A stretch of DNA of 64,000 nucleotides, taken from NCBI GenBank assembly GCA_963662285.2, contig CAXXMV010000006.1, forward strand, positions 1,760,001 through 1,824,000, written 5' to 3'. Below the pieces are notes generated by a model. It was given only the letters and a program-made list of their open reading frames with translations, made no database searches and was not told the DNA's origin. Source of the DNA: a bacterium (GTDB lineage: Bacteria; Hinthialibacterota; Hinthialibacteria; Hinthialibacterales; Hinthialibacteraceae). The translations under genes were made by a program, and so were the position numbers. Below are positions 8,812 through 20,594 of this stretch, piece after piece. The stretch's first letter is position 1, and every line of letters starts with the position of its first letter.

Positions 8812-11800
8812 ATGAAAAAACTAATTGACAAGTTTATCCATCAATTAATAAAAATAGACAACGTGACGGTCAGTTTCGGATCGTACCGGTTTCGCGTTTT
8901 CGTTCTGTCTGGTTTGATTTTATCCATTATTATAGTATGTCTTTTGGGTAGGTTTACCCTGGAGCAAAACAAGAAAAGAGTTTTGACCGGTGTCGGTGAA
9001 AATCTCAAGGCGGTTGTAGCAACAGCCAATGAACGGCTTAACCTATGGGTAGAGCAGAGAACATCTCTAGTCGATCTCCTGGGACGCGATCCTGAACTAG
9101 TAGAGATAACCAAGCGCCTTCTAGCTGTTCCTGTCAACCGTGAAGCTCTTTTAGCCTCTTCTGAATTACAGGAGGCGCGTGATTTTTTCAAGAATAATGA
9201 TAAAATTTTTGCTAATATAGGCTTTTTTATTATTAGTCCCGATCATATCAGTATTGGATCAATGCGGGATACTAATATTGGAATCCGAAATTTAATCTCT
9301 TCTCAAAGACCGGATCTACTTAAACGGGCATTTCAAGGCGAAGTAATGTTTGTGCCGCCAATCCAGTCTGATGTTGCTTTAGTGGCAACCTCTAAGTCCG
9401 GGGGGAGCAAAAATCAATCCACCAAATTTTTCATCGGACCTATCAGGGATTATAATGGTGAAATTATTGCCGCCATGACTTTACGGATTGATCCCACCAA
9501 AGATTTCTCTCAAGTCCTTCAAGTCTATGGAATGCTTCAGACGGGTGAAACCTATGCTTTTAACCAATATGGAGAACTTCTTTCAGAGAGCCGCTTTACG
9601 GATCAGTTACGTCGTATCGGGCTGATTGACGAGAATCAGGGTAGCGCCCTGAATGTTCAAATTCGCGATCCTGGAGTTAATATGGTAGAAGGGTATCATT
9701 CTGAATTAGAAAGATCCCAACAACCATTTACCCGCATGGTTGCCAGCACGCTCCAATTGAAAGAGCAAGTGGAAATAGGGGAGTATAGCGGGCACTCTGA
9801 AATAGAGATTGATGTAGAGGGATATCGGGATTATCGAGGTGTTCCGGTGTTCGGCGCCTGGCTCTGGAATGCTGAACTGAGATTCGGAATAGCGACGGAA
9901 ATCGATTCAAAAGAAGCTCTTGCGACCTACTATATGACGAGGTTGACGATTTTCATTGTTTTGGGATTTACACTGATATTATCAGTTATTGGAACATTGT
10001 TTGTCCTTATTGTTGGTGAAAGAACTAGCAAAGCCTTGATCGCTGCCAGGGATAATCTGGAAGATAAAGTTAAAGAGCGTACTGCTGAACTGGAAAATGC
10101 TCATGAGTCTATAAAACAAAGCGGGAAAAAATTTCGGGCGATTTTTGATCAGACCGTACAATTAATGGCTGTGCTTGATACAAAGGGAAATCTATTAGAG
10201 GCAAACCGTGCAGCACTTAAACTGGCTGGTACAGAAGAATCCTGCGTGGTTGGGAAACCGTTTTGGCAGGGTCCTTGGTGGCGCCATTCGGAAGAGGCTC
10301 AACATGCCATACAAGAATCCATCCAGCAAGCGGCCAATGGCGAATTTATCCAGTTTGAAACCACTCATCCACTTCCAGATGGGACTGAATGCAACATTGA
10401 TTTTACATTAACTCCTGTAACAGATGAAGAAGGTAAAATCATTTTCTTACTCCCTATGGGTCATGACATAACCGAGCGAAAGCAAAAAGAAAAGTTACAA
10501 CAATTAAACTTAAAAATTAGTCAGTCTCTAACTGAATCCAATGTTCTTCAGAAAATGTTGCAATCATGCGCGGAATCCATGGTGAATTCTCTTCGTTCTG
10601 TATTAGTCAGGATATGGATTTATAACGAACATGATGCAAAGTTGGAATTACAAGCCAGCGCTGGTATTCATACTCACATAGATGGCGATCATGGACTTAT
10701 TCCTATAGGACAGGGAAAAGTAGGCAAAATCGCCCAACAACGTTGCGTATTTCGCAGTAATGATATTGCTAATGATCCTCTAATCGCAAATCCAGAGTGG
10801 ATTATTAAACAACGATTAACTGGTTATGCTGGAATACCTTTGATTTTTGAAGAAAAATTAGTCGGGGTGCTTGTACTGTTTGCTCGAAGAGCGCTGGACG
10901 ACGATGATATAAATTCACTAGAATCAGCCTGCCATAACATCAGTGTTGCCATTGATCGAAAAAAGGCCGAAGAGCGATTAGTCTCTCGTGAAAACCAATT
11001 TCGAAACCTTATTGAATCGGCGCCGGACGCAATGGTTATTGTGAATGATCAAGGGACTATCAATATGGTAAATGGTCAAACCGAGCGTTTATTTGGTTAC
11101 GATCGTGCAGAAATCGTTGGTCAAAAGATTGAATTCCTTATACCGGAAAGATTTAGAAAAGATCATGTAGGTATGCGTGATTCATATATTCATCATCCAA
11201 TCTTATTACCGATAGGTTCCGGTAAAGACTTCTACGCACTAACCAAAGATGGTCGTGAGGTTTCCATTGAAATCAGCTTAAGCCCTATTAAAACTGATGA
11301 TGGATTGCTGGTAATAAGCACCTTACGAGATGTTACCGAGCGCAAACGTATGGAAAAGGAACTATCCAATGAACGCGAACGGCTGCAAGAAATACTCGAT
11401 ACCAGCCCGGTCGGTGTTGCGATTACTATCGACGGAGTCGTGCGCTTTCTCAATCATCGAATGGTCCAAATCACTAATTTACATGTCGGCTGTCTAGTGG
11501 AAAAGTCTTATGTGAATCCGGATGATAGACATCGTTTAATCGAAATGTTTAAAGAATCCGGTGTTATTCATGATTATGAAGCGCAATTATATGGTCCGAA
11601 TCAAGAAATTCGCGATTTAATGTGCACTTTCATGAATACTGAATATGAAGGAGAAATAGGCATTCTCGGATGGGCGGTTGATATCACCGAGTTGAAAAAA
11701 ACTGAGAATGAATTACGGGAAAAGTTTGATGAACTGGCGCGTTTTAGAAATATGGCGGTAGGCCGGGAGCACAAAATGATCGAATTAAAAAAAGAGATCA

Positions 11801-11850
11801 ATGAACTTTTAGTAAATAACGGGCTGCCTGAAAAATATAAGATCCATTGA
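8812..11850 (+). CDS. Membrane sensor: TM-Cache-TM-PAS-GAF-PAS-PAS, no enzymatic output domain
   Basis: TGETYAFN, YRDYRGVPVFGAW (Cache-type); LEDKVKERTAEL S-helix; PAS ends HDITERK, RDVTERK, VDITELK; GAF; no HisKA/GGDEF; ends GREHKMIELKKEINELL. Confidence 0.85.
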   Translation: MKKLIDKFIHQLIKIDNVTVSFGSYRFRVFVLSGLILSIIIVCLLGRFTLEQNKKRVLTGVGENLKAVVATANERLNLWVEQRTSLVDLLGRDPELVEITKRLLAVPVNREALLASSELQEARDFFKNNDKIFANIGFFIISPDHISIGSMRDTNIGIRNLISSQRPDLLKRAFQGEVMFVPPIQSDVALVATSKSGGSKNQSTKFFIGPIRDYNGEIIAAMTLRIDPTKDFSQVLQVYGMLQTGETYAFNQYGELLSESRFTDQLRRIGLIDENQGSALNVQIRDPGVNMVEGYHSELERSQQPFTRMVASTLQLKEQVEIGEYSGHSEIEIDVEGYRDYRGVPVFGAWLWNAELRFGIATEIDSKEALATYYMTRLTIFIVLGFTLILSVIGTLFVLIVGERTSKALIAARDNLEDKVKERTAELENAHESIKQSGKKFRAIFDQTVQLMAVLDTKGNLLEANRAALKLAGTEESCVVGKPFWQGPWWRHSEEAQHAIQESIQQAANGEFIQFETTHPLPDGTECNIDFTLTPVTDEEGKIIFLLPMGHDITERKQKEKLQQLNLKISQSLTESNVLQKMLQSCAESMVNSLRSVLVRIWIYNEHDAKLELQASAGIHTHIDGDHGLIPIGQGKVGKIAQQRCVFRSNDIANDPLIANPEWIIKQRLTGYAGIPLIFEEKLVGVLVLFARRALDDDDINSLESACHNISVAIDRKKAEERLVSRENQFRNLIESAPDAMVIVNDQGTINMVNGQTERLFGYDRAEIVGQKIEFLIPERFRKDHVGMRDSYIHHPILLPIGSGKDFYALTKDGREVSIEISLSPIKTDDGLLVISTLRDVTERKRMEKELSNERERLQEILDTSPVGVAITIDGVVRFLNHRMVQITNLHVGCLVEKSYVNPDDRHRLIEMFKESGVIHDYEAQLYGPNQEIRDLMCTFMNTEYEGEIGILGWAVDITELKKTENELREKFDELARFRNMAVGREHKMIELKKEINELLVNNGLPEKYKIH

Positions 11851-11939
11851 TGAAAAAACACTCGAAATACTGATAATAAAATTTTAAGTACGACGTTTAC
11901 CTAACTGTATTATAGGTCGAAGATCAATCGAGGTCAGTT

Positions 11940-14900
11940 ATGGACAACAACCAGAGAAAAGAAATTTGTGAGAGATTTTCACAGGTACTTCAGCATAAAC
12001 AATTCAATTCAATTTTTGAAGGTTTTTGTGAAACTGTTGGTGTTTCCGCAGCTATAATTGATCTAGAAGCGCGTATACTTTCCTCGTCTACATGGCAATA
12101 CGCATGTACTCATTTCCATCGAAAAAATGAAATCACTTGCGCCCGATGTATCGAGAGCGACACGGAACTCTCGTTGAATCTACAAAAAGGAAAGAACTAT
12201 GCTATTTACCATTGCAAAAATGGTTTAGTTGATTGTGCGTCGCCAATTATTGTCCAAGACATACATGTAGCAAACGCCTTTATAGGTCAGTTTTTTCTTG
12301 AGTCGCCTGATTTAAACTTTTTTCGCGAACAGGCTCGGCAAGTTGGATTTGATGAAAATGACTACCTTAATGCAATCAAAAAAGTACCAATTATCAATCA
12401 GGAAAAACTCCCGGCAATACTTGGATTTCTTGCAAACTTGTCAAGTCTGATAGCAACGTTATCAATTCAACAATTAAAGGCTGAGGACTCAGAGCGAAAA
12501 ATGCGTGAAGGTCGCAGAACTGCCTTGAAACTTGCTGATGAAGCGAACCAGGCAAGAGATGAACTTGCAAAATATAAAGATCATTTAGAGAAACTCATCA
12601 AAGAGCGAACCAGCGATTTACAGGCAAGTGAAGAACGATTCAGGACTCTCGTACAGAATGTGCCTGGAGTTATTTACAATTACTTGAACGATGAACACTG
12701 GACTTTGAAATATATCAGCAAGGCCGTGGAAGAACTGACCGGATATCCAGTAGAAGATTTCCTTGATAATAAAGTTCGATCTTTCGCCAGCATTATTCAT
12801 CCTGATGACCAGCAACGTGTGTACAAGGAAATCCAGGAGACGCTGGATCAAGATACATCTTTTTTTCTAGAGTATCGCATTATCCGGTCAGATGGTGAAA
12901 TCCGGTGGTTAAATGAACGCGGAAAGGTCGTGGAAGGAGACCAAAAAGAAAACCAATTTATTAATGGATGGATTTTTGATATCACAGAAAGGAAAGCAAT
13001 AGAAGAAGATCTGAAAAAGTTGTCCACTGCGATTGAACAAAGCCCTGTTTCAGTGGTTATTACAAATTTTAAGGGAACCATAGAATACGTCAATCCAAAA
13101 TTTTCGGAAGTAACTGGGTATAGCGCCGAAGAATCTATCGGCCAGAATCCCCGCGTGCTGAAATCAGAAAAAAATAATCCTGAAATTTATAAGGAACTTT
13201 GGAGCACGATCAGCGCCGGTAAAGAATGGCGTGGAGAAATATTAAATAAAAAGAAGAATGGTGATGAATATTGGGAAACAGCTTCCATATCGCCGATTAT
13301 GTCCAGGGATGGATCAATCACTCATTATATCGCAGTTAAAGAAGATATTACTGAACGTAAACTATTAGAAGAAAGTATGCGGAAAAGTGAGGAGCGTTTC
13401 CGTGGGTATTTTGAAAATAGTCAGGTCGGCATGGCGGTTACCTCTCCAACTAAAGGGTGGATAGAAGTGAACGAGCAACTTCAGAAAATGCTCGGTTACA
13501 GTCTGGATGAGTTACGACAGAAGACTTGGGAAGAACTTACTCATCCAGAGGATATTGAAGCGGATGTGAAGCAATTTGAGCGCCTACTGGCTGGTCAAAC
13601 CAGTTATTACACGCTTGATAAACGTTTTATCCGTAAAGATGGTGAAATCGTTTTTACGAATATTTCTGTATCTTGCGTGCGAAACAAGGATGGAGAAATT
13701 CAGAATATCCTCGCTTCTTTATTAGATATTACCGAGCGCAAGCAGATTGAAAATGATTTACAGGTTCGGATTGCAGAACTTGATGATTTCCAATCAGCGA
13801 TGCTCAACATGATGGAAGACCTGGACGAAGAAAAAAAGAAAGCCGAAGCTGCAACTCAGGCAAAAAGCGATTTCCTGGCCAACATGTCACATGAGATTCG
13901 CACCCCTATGAATGCCATTATCGGCATGTCTCATTTGGCCTTACAAACCGACCTGAATTCAAAACAACGAAATTATATCGAAAAAGCCTATCTATCCGCT
14001 CAATCTCTACTAGGGATTATTAACGATATCCTGGACTTCTCCAAAATCGAAGCTGGCAAACTTGATATGGAAAAGATTGATTTCAGTTTAGATGACGTGC
14101 TTGGAAATCTATCCAATCTCATTGGTTTGAAAACGGAAGAAAAAGGTCTGGAACTTTTATTCGACACTTCACCAGGCGCCCCATCACATCTAATTGGCGA
14201 TCCATTGCGCTTTGGCCAGGTTTTAATCAATCTTTGTAATAATGCAGTTAAATTCACCGATCATGGCGAAATTGTGATTACGACGCACGTCCTTGAAAAA
14301 GATGATGAGAGCGTCAAATTTCACTTTTCGATCCGTGATACCGGTATTGGCATGACGCCGGAGCAACAGGCATTGTTATTCCAATCGTTCAGCCAGGCGG
14401 ATGCTTCAACTACCCGAAAATTCGGTGGCACCGGATTGGGATTAGCGATATCCAAAAGCCTGACAGAAATGATGGGGGGAGATATTTGGGTGGAAAGTGA
14501 AGCTGGTAAAGGAAGTACATTTCATTTCACCGCCAGTTTTGGAATTCAGAAAAATGCTAAGAAAAAACAACTTAAACCGGCCAAAGATCTCAGCTATTTG
14601 AAAGTCTTGGTTGTTGACGACAACGCCACTGCGCGAGAGATATTAGTCAGTATTGCTGAATCATTTGGTTTCGATGCTCACATGGCATCCAATGGTGATG
14701 CCGCCATCCAGGAAATTGAACGCGCATCAGTTGAAAGCAAACCTTACAATCTTGTTTTAATGGATTGGAAAATGCCTGGCAAAGACGGTGTCATGACAGC
14801 CCGGGAAATTCAAAATGATCCAAACATAATTGATATTCCTACTATTATCATGGTAACGGCTTATGGAAGATTAGAAGTCAGTAAAGCCGCAGAGGATCTC

Positions 14901-16070
14901 AATTTATCTGGATTCCTCTCAAAACCTGTTACTCCATCAACCATGCTGGATACAATCATGAATGCTTTTGGGCATGAAATTGTCCGCGATGCCAAATCAA
15001 CTATTCGTACATCCGATAGTCGCGAAATGACTAAAAAAATGCGAGGCGCCCGTATTTTGCTTGTCGAAGACAATGAGATTAATCAAGAATTGGCCATGGA
15101 ACTTCTATCAAACAGCGGCGTTTTGGTCGATCTTGCCAATAATGGACAAGAAGCGCTGAATAAACTTAAGGATAATGAATATGATGGAGTATTAATGGAT
15201 ATCCAAATGCCTGTTATGGATGGATATACGGCTTCAAGTGAAATCCGGAAGAATCAGCAATATAAAAACCTTCCCATCATAGCAATGACGGCCAATGCCA
15301 TGGCTGGGGATAGAGAAAAAGCTCTTGAAGCAGGAATGAACGACCATATTGCAAAACCTATTGATGTAAATGATATGTTCTCCACTATGACTAAATGGAT
15401 CACTCCCGCCAAACCTGTCGATATGCCTGAATCAGATAATCATGAAGATGAACAAGACGGCATTGTTATACCTAAGTTGCCTGAAATAGACGTCGAAGCT
15501 GGTCTGAAAAGAATCCAGCATAACAAGAAATTATATCGAAAACTGCTAATCAAATTCCGGGATAGCCAGCGTGATTTTGTATCCCGGTTTAAAGAAGCGA
15601 ATAGTAGCAGCGATGCTGAAGCAGCGACGAGATGTGCGCATACTTTGAAAGGAGTAGCAGGCAATATTGGAGCGACCAATATTCAAAAATCAGCTGAATT
15701 ATTGGAATCCGCATGCAAGGAAAATGAATCCGAATATGATATCCGGACTCTTCTTGATGACGTATCAATTGCTTTAACTCCTGTGCTCGAAGGTCTTTCA
15801 GTTCTTAATGAAGACGAGCCGGAATGTGAAGAAGGAAAAATAGATATAACAAAAATTCTTTCATTTCTCTCTAAATTACGTGAATTATTGGAGGATGATG
15901 ATACCGAAGCGGCAGAAATCATTGATTCATTAAACAATCAGCCCGGGCTTACAAAATTTAAATCAAATCTTCAAAAACTTTCAAGTTTGATCGATAAATA
16001 TGAATTTGAGGAGGCGCTTGAATCATTAAATGCCCTTGAAAAATCAATAAAGGAATCAACATATGAATGA
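11940..16070 (+). CDS. Hybrid histidine kinase: PocR-PAS3x-HisKA-HATPase-REC-REC-HPt
   Basis: PocR ([17 protein letters not shown]); [14 protein letters not shown]; [10 protein letters not shown]; two REC domains (LMDWKMP, LMDIQMP); HPt [13 protein letters not shown]. Confidence 0.93.
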   Translation: MDNNQRKEICERFSQVLQHKQFNSIFEGFCETVGVSAAIIDLEARILSSSTWQYACTHFHRKNEITCARCIESDTELSLNLQKGKNYAIYHCKNGLVDCASPIIVQDIHVANAFIGQFFLESPDLNFFREQARQVGFDENDYLNAIKKVPIINQEKLPAILGFLANLSSLIATLSIQQLKAEDSERKMREGRRTALKLADEANQARDELAKYKDHLEKLIKERTSDLQASEERFRTLVQNVPGVIYNYLNDEHWTLKYISKAVEELTGYPVEDFLDNKVRSFASIIHPDDQQRVYKEIQETLDQDTSFFLEYRIIRSDGEIRWLNERGKVVEGDQKENQFINGWIFDITERKAIEEDLKKLSTAIEQSPVSVVITNFKGTIEYVNPKFSEVTGYSAEESIGQNPRVLKSEKNNPEIYKELWSTISAGKEWRGEILNKKKNGDEYWETASISPIMSRDGSITHYIAVKEDITERKLLEESMRKSEERFRGYFENSQVGMAVTSPTKGWIEVNEQLQKMLGYSLDELRQKTWEELTHPEDIEADVKQFERLLAGQTSYYTLDKRFIRKDGEIVFTNISVSCVRNKDGEIQNILASLLDITERKQIENDLQVRIAELDDFQSAMLNMMEDLDEEKKKAEAATQAKSDFLANMSHEIRTPMNAIIGMSHLALQTDLNSKQRNYIEKAYLSAQSLLGIINDILDFSKIEAGKLDMEKIDFSLDDVLGNLSNLIGLKTEEKGLELLFDTSPGAPSHLIGDPLRFGQVLINLCNNAVKFTDHGEIVITTHVLEKDDESVKFHFSIRDTGIGMTPEQQALLFQSFSQADASTTRKFGGTGLGLAISKSLTEMMGGDIWVESEAGKGSTFHFTASFGIQKNAKKKQLKPAKDLSYLKVLVVDDNATAREILVSIAESFGFDAHMASNGDAAIQEIERASVESKPYNLVLMDWKMPGKDGVMTAREIQNDPNIIDIPTIIMVTAYGRLEVSKAAEDLNLSGFLSKPVTPSTMLDTIMNAFGHEIVRDAKSTIRTSDSREMTKKMRGARILLVEDNEINQELAMELLSNSGVLVDLANNGQEALNKLKDNEYDGVLMDIQMPVMDGYTASSEIRKNQQYKNLPIIAMTANAMAGDREKALEAGMNDHIAKPIDVNDMFSTMTKWITPAKPVDMPESDNHEDEQDGIVIPKLPEIDVEAGLKRIQHNKKLYRKLLIKFRDSQRDFVSRFKEANSSSDAEAATRCAHTLKGVAGNIGATNIQKSAELLESACKENESEYDIRTLLDDVSIALTPVLEGLSVLNEDEPECEEGKIDITKILSFLSKLRELLEDDDTEAAEIIDSLNNQPGLTKFKSNLQKLSSLIDKYEFEEALESLNALEKSIKESTYE

Positions 16071-16431
16071 TGATAAGAAAGTTATTCTGGTAGTCGATGA
16101 CACTGCGGAAAACATTGATGTATTGCGAGGTATTCTGAGTTCCACTTTTAAAATTAAGGCTGCTCTGAATGGCGAAAAAGCTCTCCAGATTGCCTTTAAA
16201 AATCCTCCAGATCTAATGCTATTGGATGTCATGATGCCTGAAATGGATGGCTACGAAGTATGCCGCCTTCTAAAAAGCGATGATGTCACCAAAAATATAC
16301 CCATAATTTTCGTCACGGGGAAAACGGAACCGGATGAGATTGCTAAGGGATTGGAACTGGGCGCCGTTGACTTTTTATCGAAACCCATTGATCCGAACCT
16401 TCTTTTGGAAAAAGTCAAAAAATATTTATGA
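16063..16431 (+). CDS. Single-domain response regulator
   Basis: [22 protein letters not shown]. Confidence 0.92.
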   Translation: MNDDKKVILVVDDTAENIDVLRGILSSTFKIKAALNGEKALQIAFKNPPDLMLLDVMMPEMDGYEVCRLLKSDDVTKNIPIIFVTGKTEPDEIAKGLELGAVDFLSKPIDPNLLLEKVKKYL

Positions 16432-16470
16432 TCTTGCAAAGGAGTTTTATATTATTTGTGGGAGGTGACT

Positions 16471-17526
16471 ATGCCGAAAGATATTTTGAAACCTTGTATA
16501 TTAGCCGTTGATGATACCCCTGAAAATATTGATGTGATTAGTGGTTTATTAAGAGACGATTATAGAGTAAAAGTTGCGCTCAATGGCGTCAGAGCGCTCA
16601 AAATAGCCCAATCAGATTCTCCTCCCGACCTTGTCTTGCTAGACATCATGATGCCCGAAATAGATGGTTACGAAGTATGCCGTCAATTAAAAAATAATCC
16701 GTTAACCAAAAATATCCCGGTGATTTTTTTAACCGCGAAATCCGAAGTCGAGGATGAAGCAAAAGGATTTGAACTGGGTGCAGTTGACTACATTACCAAA
16801 CCTATCAGCCCTTCTCTTGTGAAGGCCCGCGTAAAAACTCACCTGGCTCTTTACGACCAGAATCGTACGCTGGAGGAGAAAGTACGCGAGAGAACAGTTG
16901 AACTGAACGCAACGCGTCTAGAGGTTATCCGTCAACTCGGTCGAGCTGCTGAGTTTAAAGATAATGAAACCGGTCTTCATGTAGTGCGCATGAGTTATTA
17001 TTCAAAAATCATAGCTGAAGCATTAGGTATGAGCGAAGATCAGGTTGATTTATTGCTTCATGCGTCTCCTATGCATGATATCGGTAAAATTGGCATCCCC
17101 GACTGCGTTCTACTAAAACCAGGTAAACTTGATGATGATGAATGGGCTATTATGCGGCAACATCCCATCATGGGTGAAGAGATTATCGGTAATAATAAAT
17201 CCAGCCTTATGGAAATGGCGCGATTGGTTGCTTTAGGACATCACGAGAAGTGGAACGGACAAGGTTACCCAAGCAGTATAGCGGGAGAAGAAATCCCCCT
17301 GGTTGGTAGAATCGCCGCCATTGCCGATGTATTCGACGCGCTTACTTCTGAACGACCTTATAAACAGGCTTGGTCTGTTGAGAGAGCCGTAGCTTTAATA
17401 CAAGAAGAAAGCGGAGTGCATTTCGATCCGAATTTAGTATCACTGTTTGTCGAACGTTTGCCGGATATAATCAGCATAAAAGAAATGTATACAGAAAAAA
17501 ATAATACTCCAACGAATGAGATATAA
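16471..17526 (+). CDS. Response regulator with HD-GYP c-di-GMP phosphodiesterase domain (RpfG-like)
   Basis: REC domain plus ETGLHVVRM, HDIGK, HHEKWNGQGYP, ADVFDALTS.RPYK; GGAGG RBS before ATG 16471. Confidence 0.93.
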   Translation: MPKDILKPCILAVDDTPENIDVISGLLRDDYRVKVALNGVRALKIAQSDSPPDLVLLDIMMPEIDGYEVCRQLKNNPLTKNIPVIFLTAKSEVEDEAKGFELGAVDYITKPISPSLVKARVKTHLALYDQNRTLEEKVRERTVELNATRLEVIRQLGRAAEFKDNETGLHVVRMSYYSKIIAEALGMSEDQVDLLLHASPMHDIGKIGIPDCVLLKPGKLDDDEWAIMRQHPIMGEEIIGNNKSSLMEMARLVALGHHEKWNGQGYPSSIAGEEIPLVGRIAAIADVFDALTSERPYKQAWSVERAVALIQEESGVHFDPNLVSLFVERLPDIISIKEMYTEKNNTPTNEI

Positions 17527-19858
17527 TTGTATAATGGACGCCGCGAGAGAAAAACAGACTATTCTAGTTGTCGATGACACGCCGGAAAATATTGATATCC
17601 TCGCAGGGATTCTTAAAGAGTTCTATCAGGTCAAGGTAGCTTTGAATGGTGAAAAAGCCCTAAAATTGGCTATTTCCCCCAATCCTCCCGACTTGATCCT
17701 TTTGGATGTGATGATGCCCGAGATGGATGGGTATGAAGTTTGTCATCGGCTCAAAGAAAACGATATTACTAAGAATATACCGGTTATTTTTGTTACGGCC
17801 AAAAGTGAAATTGAAGATGAAACCAAAGGATTCGCTTGTGGCGCGGTGGATTACATCACCAAGCCCATTAGTCCTCCCATTGTTATTGCCCGCGTCAAAA
17901 CTCAATTCGCTTTGCGCAATACTCAAAGCGAATTGGAAATGGCCCGTGATAAAGCCGAAGAGGCTACACGGGCCAAGAGCGATTTTCTGGCAAAAATGAG
18001 CCATGAAATTCGCACCCCCCTGAATGGTCTTGTAGCGAATCTGGAATTTCTAAAACTCTCAAAAATAAATACTGATCAACGCGAATGCGTCGATTCCGCT
18101 CAATTTTGCGCAGATACGCTATTGGGTATTATCGGCGATATTCTCGATTTATCAAAAATCGAAGCGGATAAACTTGAACTGGAGATGCGTCCTGTATCAT
18201 TACACGGCGTCATCAATGAAGTGATTGCAATGATGCGTCATAGAACTGAAGCGAAAAACCTTAATCTAAACGCATTCATTGATCCAACTCTTCCAACCAC
18301 TATCTTGACTGATTCGTTGCGCTTTAGACAAGTTTTGATAAATTTAATTGGGAATTCCATCAAATTTACAGAAGAAGGCGGCATTCATCTACAGGTTCTT
18401 TATACCAAGGATGAAAAAGGTGAATCCTGGATAAATTGCAAAGTTATTGATTCAGGCGCCGGATTCGCGCAAGAAAAAGCACAGCAATTATTTGAAGCCT
18501 TCTCACAAGAAGATTCTTCAACTTCCCGCGTATATGGTGGTACAGGATTAGGGCTGACTATATGCAAGCGCATTGTGGAAATGATGGGTGGCTGGATTTG
18601 TTGTGCAGGCCTCCCTGGATATGGCGCTGCATTTGAATTTTCAGCGCCATTCGAGATAGTAGAGGACGCCCCGGAAATAAGAACAAGCGACCTGAACGAA
18701 TACAAAATTTTATTAATTGATGACCAGTCTGAATTATCATCAGTTGCTAAACGCAAATTTGAGTCAACCAGCGCTCAAATTGTGCAATTAGACAGCATTG
18801 ATTCAGGCGATGATGAGGATATTAGCTGTCTCGTCGTGGTTACTAATAATCTCGATGATAACAATTGGAATGAAGATAAGCGTTTCTCCTCCAAAATACC
18901 TAGAATATTAATATCAGAAACCAGCAATAAAAAATGGATTCATCAAGCAATTAAATCCGGTTTTGATTACTTTTTTTGCGATAATTTTGATTGGAATTTA
19001 GTATTTTATGTTATTAGTAATATCACCAAAACAGAGTCTATTGAAGAAACGCCGCTTGCCGTGGATATCGCTTCATTAACTCAAGATATACAAAACAAAA
19101 ATATTAAACATCCGGTTCTGGTGGTTGATGATTTCCCCATGAATCGCCAGGTTGCGAAAAAGCAATTGGCAGCCTTCGGGCTTGAATGTCAATTAGCCGA
19201 AAATGGGCGGGAAGCATTGGAGTTGGCAACCAGGAATTCCTACTCGCTTATTCTTACCGATTGTTCTATGCCAATCATGAATGGATTTGAATTTACCCGG
19301 GCATACAGAGATTGGGAAAAAGAGAATAATCAACGCGTTCCTATCATCGCCATGACCGCCAATGCGCTAAAGGGGGATGATGAAAAGTGCTTTGCCGCTG
19401 GCATGGATGACTATGTAAGCAAGCCTGTAACTCTTGAACAACTGGCGGGTAAGTTAATTGATAATTTAGGCATTGAAAGGTCGCCAGTGGAAATTCAGCA
19501 AGATACGCCAAGTATAGCGGCAGAACCTCCGGTTGACTTAAAATACCTGGAACAAATTCTGGGAGAATCTGATCCCGAAGGATTGTTTGAAATGCTCGGT
19601 TATTTCCTTGAAGAATTTGAACCAATCATGGAATCGTTGCAAGATGTGATAAACCAGAAAGACCGCGACCAGACGCGCGACATTTCCCATAAAGCCAAGG
19701 GCGCCGCTGGAAACGCTTCTGCAAAACAACTGTCAGAAATAATGAAAGATATCCAACTGGCTGCGTTAGAAGAGCCGTGGGACGTAATACTCGCATCTTG
19801 GGATAAAGCGCAACATGAATACCAGAAAGTAAGAGAATTTATTCTCAATAAGAGGTAA
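17516..19858 (+). CDS. Soluble hybrid kinase: REC-HisKA-HATPase-(degenerate REC)-REC-HPt
   Basis: [15 protein letters not shown]; YGGTGLGL; LTDCSMP; HPt SHKAKGAAGN. Confidence 0.9.
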   Translation: MRYNCIMDAAREKQTILVVDDTPENIDILAGILKEFYQVKVALNGEKALKLAISPNPPDLILLDVMMPEMDGYEVCHRLKENDITKNIPVIFVTAKSEIEDETKGFACGAVDYITKPISPPIVIARVKTQFALRNTQSELEMARDKAEEATRAKSDFLAKMSHEIRTPLNGLVANLEFLKLSKINTDQRECVDSAQFCADTLLGIIGDILDLSKIEADKLELEMRPVSLHGVINEVIAMMRHRTEAKNLNLNAFIDPTLPTTILTDSLRFRQVLINLIGNSIKFTEEGGIHLQVLYTKDEKGESWINCKVIDSGAGFAQEKAQQLFEAFSQEDSSTSRVYGGTGLGLTICKRIVEMMGGWICCAGLPGYGAAFEFSAPFEIVEDAPEIRTSDLNEYKILLIDDQSELSSVAKRKFESTSAQIVQLDSIDSGDDEDISCLVVVTNNLDDNNWNEDKRFSSKIPRILISETSNKKWIHQAIKSGFDYFFCDNFDWNLVFYVISNITKTESIEETPLAVDIASLTQDIQNKNIKHPVLVVDDFPMNRQVAKKQLAAFGLECQLAENGREALELATRNSYSLILTDCSMPIMNGFEFTRAYRDWEKENNQRVPIIAMTANALKGDDEKCFAAGMDDYVSKPVTLEQLAGKLIDNLGIERSPVEIQQDTPSIAAEPPVDLKYLEQILGESDPEGLFEMLGYFLEEFEPIMESLQDVINQKDRDQTRDISHKAKGAAGNASAKQLSEIMKDIQLAALEEPWDVILASWDKAQHEYQKVREFILNKR

Positions 19859-19862
19859 ACCA

Positions 19863-20594
19863 ATGTCTAAATATTCGTTCCCGGATACTACATTATTAAT
19901 TGTTGATGATGAGAATTTCAGCCGTATTGCTGTCTTGCGGTTGTTGAAAAATCTTGGAGATCCCAATACATTGAGCGCAACCAATGGACTGGAAGCTATT
20001 ACAACATTGGAAAAACGCAAATCAATGATCGATTGCGTGATTGCCGATTTCAACATGCCGGTTATGCATGGACTGCAATTGTTAAAAAAAATCCGCATGG
20101 GAGAGAATAACGTCTCTCGCAATTTACCCGTTATCATGCTGACCGGGCATGGTGAAGCCAGTCTGGTGAATTTGGCAATACAACTTGATGTCAATACATT
20201 TATTCTGAAGCCTGCGACTGTAGACTCAATCGGTTCGAGACTGCAGGAAGTGCTTTCAATGGATAAAAACGATGATGCCTGGCTAAAACCAATTGAAGAA
20301 TATGAAAAGATTGATGTTGATACTCCTATCAATGATATCCTTAAGAAGAATGCCTTAAGTCAAATCAGTGAGCAAAAGTCTGTTAAAATACAAGTCAGAG
20401 AAATTGCTGTCGGGATTGAGGAATGTGAATTACAAAATATTAAAGAATGGAATATCATCGCAAAAAACATTTCTGGTCCTAGCGGTCAGGTATTTGTTAA
20501 CGCGGGAACCCAAGTGACCACCAGGCTGTTGGAACAACTTAAAAGTCTACAAGATATGGGTTTGATGCCGGAAAAAATTTGGATTAAAAAATAA
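19863..20594 (+). CDS. Response regulator with small C-terminal accessory domain
   Basis: LLIVDD, IADFNMP, ILKP; no recognisable HTH. Confidence 0.85.
   Translation: MSKYSFPDTTLLIVDDENFSRIAVLRLLKNLGDPNTLSATNGLEAITTLEKRKSMIDCVIADFNMPVMHGLQLLKKIRMGENNVSRNLPVIMLTGHGEASLVNLAIQLDVNTFILKPATVDSIGSRLQEVLSMDKNDDAWLKPIEEYEKIDVDTPINDILKKNALSQISEQKSVKIQVREIAVGIEECELQNIKEWNIIAKNISGPSGQVFVNAGTQVTTRLLEQLKSLQDMGLMPEKIWIKK

Noticed and set aside
11850-11940. Frameshift or readthrough joining the sensor and hybrid kinase
   Set aside because: The 89-nt spacer has stop codons, the kinase has its own GAGG RBS, and the sensor ends in a natural-looking terminal motif
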